This document shows positions 61,979 through 64,000 of a stretch of 64,000 nt of DNA, one piece after another. Where the stretch lies: the NCBI GenBank assembly GCA_964610645.1, contig CAZSZE010000016.1, positions 617-64,616 on the forward strand, written 5' to 3'. The DNA is from an uncultured Enterobacterales bacterium (GTDB lineage Bacteria; Myxococcota_A; UBA796; CAJQPC01). Below the pieces are notes generated by a model, which was not told the DNA's origin, did no database searches, and worked only from the letters and a program-made list of their open reading frames with translations. A program made the position numbers and the translations under genes. Position 1 is the first letter of the stretch. Each line of letters starts with the position of its first letter.

Positions 61979-62425
61979 CTAATCGGTGCGGCCGAAGGGC
62001 ACGTTGATGTCGTCTCCCGCCTTGAGCCAGAGCTTGTCCACGGTGCCGGGGAGGCACAGCGGCAGGGGGTCGAGGGTGGCGGTGTTCCAGCCAAGTTCCT
62101 CTCCCGCAAGCGTGATTTCAGCGCCCTCGGCCTCGGAAGCATGGGAGAAGTTGGTGGGACAGCCAAGAGACCATTCCTCCCGCTCCCAGCGCTCCATCGT
62201 GAAGGGAAGGGCGACCCCTTCCACCTCGAGCTCCCCGTCGTCCTCGTCCAGGATCAGCGTGGCATCCTGCAGCGCCTCGGGCACCTCCGCCAGAATGTCG
62301 TCGGCGTCCGGGACACCGTCCAGGAAGGCCTCGACGGTGAAGGTGCCGGGATCCAGCGTCTCTTCCGGGGTGCCGCAGCCGGTGAATGCGAGGAATGAGG
62401 CAAGTGGAAACAGTACTCGGGTCAT
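61979..62425 (-). CDS. hypothetical lipoprotein
   Basis: 148 aa from MTRVLFPLASFLAFTGCG, with GGAGGGA upstream of the ATG at 62425. Confidence 0.55.
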   Translation of the reverse strand: MTRVLFPLASFLAFTGCGTPEETLDPGTFTVEAFLDGVPDADDILAEVPEALQDATLILDEDDGELEVEGVALPFTMERWEREEWSLGCPTNFSHASEAEGAEITLAGEELGWNTATLDPLPLCLPGTVDKLWLKAGDDINVPFGRTD

Positions 62426-62644
62426 GATCCCTCCAGATCTTCCTGACCTTGCCATTGTTGCGATCAGAATTGAAGCTGTGCAATTCCCCAAGTACAAAGG
62501 CAAGAAGCCGCGAGCAGTCCCATCACGAAGAGCGCGGTGGTCTTTCGGCTCGCGGATTGGACCAGGGCCAGCAGTTGCACATCGATCTTCTGTCCCAGGC
62601 GATCCTACTATGGTTTGGCCCAACCCCCCGACATGAAGGGGGCG

Positions 62645-64000
62645 CTAACTTCCCCCCAGAAACAGCGTCGTCTCTCCCCGGATTTCGTCCGCCTGGTAGG
62701 CGCCGACCCAGAAATCTGTGACACCGTCGCCGTTTGTGTCCCCCGCCGAGCTGGATGAGTAGCCAAAGGCCGTGCCGGCGCTCTCACCGTACAGGCTGGC
62801 GGTGGCCTGAGAGAACAGCAAGGTACCGCTCGGCTCGCTGAACAGGTGAACCGCGCCGTAGCGCTCTGTGTCCGAGCCTTCCGGACTCGCCGCCCCGTAC
62901 TCCCCCACGAGAAGGTCGGGTTTGCCGTTTCCCGTGGCATCGTCCAGCCAGGACAGGGAGATCCCGCCATAGCCGTACTGGGTTTCTCCATCGAGGAGGG
63001 TGAGAGAATCCTCCAGTCCGCCCACCCCGTTGGCCGTCCCGGGCAGCACGTAGACCCGCCCCCCGCGGTCCGTGTGGGTGCTCACCCAGTAGGCGGACAC
63101 CGCTAAATCCGGGAGTCCGTCGCCGTCCAGGTCGGCACCGGCCGCCATGGCCCGGCCCAGGTGGTCCGCGGGACTGGCTTCCCCATGGCGGGAGTCCGCA
63201 TCGGCAATGGAAGTGTTGCCTGCCAGTGGCCCAAGCTTCACTGCCACCACGGCGTTGCCATCCCCGGCGGGTCCCTCGCCGCCGCCTCCAATCGCCAGGT
63301 CGAACATCCCGTCCCCATTGAAATCCGACAGGGCCTGGGACGTGCCCAGGTGTTGACCCGTGGCATCGCCGAGAATGACAGCGGAAGAGATGTCCGTCGC
63401 CCAGGAACCGGTGGGGGGATTGTGGTAGACCCAGATGGCGCCAGCATCCTCGTGGGTGGTGGTCCAGTAGGGGGATCCCAAGGTCACGGTGCCGCCCTCG
63501 GCTGGGCAGGCAATCGAACCCCCGAGGGCTGCATCGGATCCAGGGCCGATGATCTTCCAGGTTGTGTTGCTGGCGGGCAGGGTGCCGGTGGCGGGCAGGT
63601 TCACGCCATAGGCGGCGCCGGCCCCGCTTCCTCCTGCCGGGTGGGCGCTGGCACCGGCCCAGAGTTCGGGCTGCCCATCGCCGTTTGCATCGCAAATCGC
63701 CAGCCCGGTCCCCAGGTAGTCAAAGGGCCCCTCGGAAACCAGCGTCAGCACCGCATCGGCAACAAATCGCGGCTCTCCATCCGTGGTGCCGTAGAGCAGG
63801 TGCACAGCCCCCCCCATGGGTTCCAGGCTGCTGTCCTGCTGCGCGGCCAGGGCCACCTCGGGCAGCCCATCTCCATTGAGGTCGGGCACGGCCCGTACCT
63901 TGAACCCCGTCATACTGCCTGCGTGCACGCCGAGGATGGTCTGGGCGATCTCCCCAAGATCGGGGAGCGGGGTGTCGGTGTCCGCGTCTGCGTCTGCGTC
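62645..64000 (-). CDS. FG-GAP repeat protein, N-terminus outside the window
   Basis: The frame is open to the window end. There are at least 6 repeats of the type D(L/F/A)NGDG.P(E/D)L. The track start at 63928 is an internal GTG. Confidence 0.75.
   Translation of the reverse strand, partial: DADADADTDTPLPDLGEIAQTILGVHAGSMTGFKVRAVPDLNGDGLPEVALAAQQDSSLEPMGGAVHLLYGTTDGEPRFVADAVLTLVSEGPFDYLGTGLAICDANGDGQPELWAGASAHPAGGSGAGAAYGVNLPATGTLPASNTTWKIIGPGSDAALGGSIACPAEGGTVTLGSPYWTTTHEDAGAIWVYHNPPTGSWATDISSAVILGDATGQHLGTSQALSDFNGDGMFDLAIGGGGEGPAGDGNAVVAVKLGPLAGNTSIADADSRHGEASPADHLGRAMAAGADLDGDGLPDLAVSAYWVSTHTDRGGRVYVLPGTANGVGGLEDSLTLLDGETQYGYGGISLSWLDDATGNGKPDLLVGEYGAASPEGSDTERYGAVHLFSEPSGTLLFSQATASLYGESAGTAFGYSSSSAGDTNGDGVTDFWVGAYQADEIRGETTLFLGGS

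Overview
GC-rich bacterial chromosomal segment with about 57 protein-coding genes. I recognised no rRNA, tRNA, CRISPR array, transposase or integrase. Lineage is probably Myxococcota-like. This is an inference from two MYXO-CTERM-type C-terminal tails, Cys-rich DxDGDG/CDD...DNDCDG repeats, many FG-GAP lipoproteins and sigma-54-type promoters.

Positions 365-38702 are dominated by a large acyl-CoA/lipid catabolic supercluster. It holds:
- three AMP-forming acyl-CoA ligases and five acyl-CoA dehydrogenase genes, four of them arranged as two small+large translationally coupled pairs;
- two crotonases and two paralogous alpha/beta hydrolases;
- an 812-aa SDR-SCP2-SCP2-hydratase2 fusion, a free SCP2 protein, a thiolase and a thiolase-like/DUF35 pair;
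- a lone carboxyltransferase subunit, a Zn-ADH, two ALDHs, a GMC oxidoreductase and two SRPBCC proteins.

Six of its promoters share a 19-bp palindrome (core AGGTG-N-CACCT), and a MerR-family regulator is encoded beside one copy. This regulon and its gene content are my best candidate for the undescribed system.

The rest of the window is envelope and secreted proteins plus a few housekeeping genes:
- a Cys-rich lipoprotein with a fibrinogen-like CDMxxDGGGWT module;
- an FG-GAP gene interrupted by one in-frame TGA;
- a CAP-domain protein and a 1115-aa S8 peptidase/beta-propeller, both with MYXO-CTERM-like tails;
- a sigma-70-family factor behind a sigma-54-type promoter, plus hpf and tyrS;
- a P-loop/TPR ATPase next to a VWA lipoprotein operon that also has a sigma-54-type promoter;
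- a translationally coupled ligase / LpxL-like acyltransferase / Thr-type sulfatase-like cluster.

All calls rest on reading the translated ORFs and the nucleotide sequence by eye. No database search was run.
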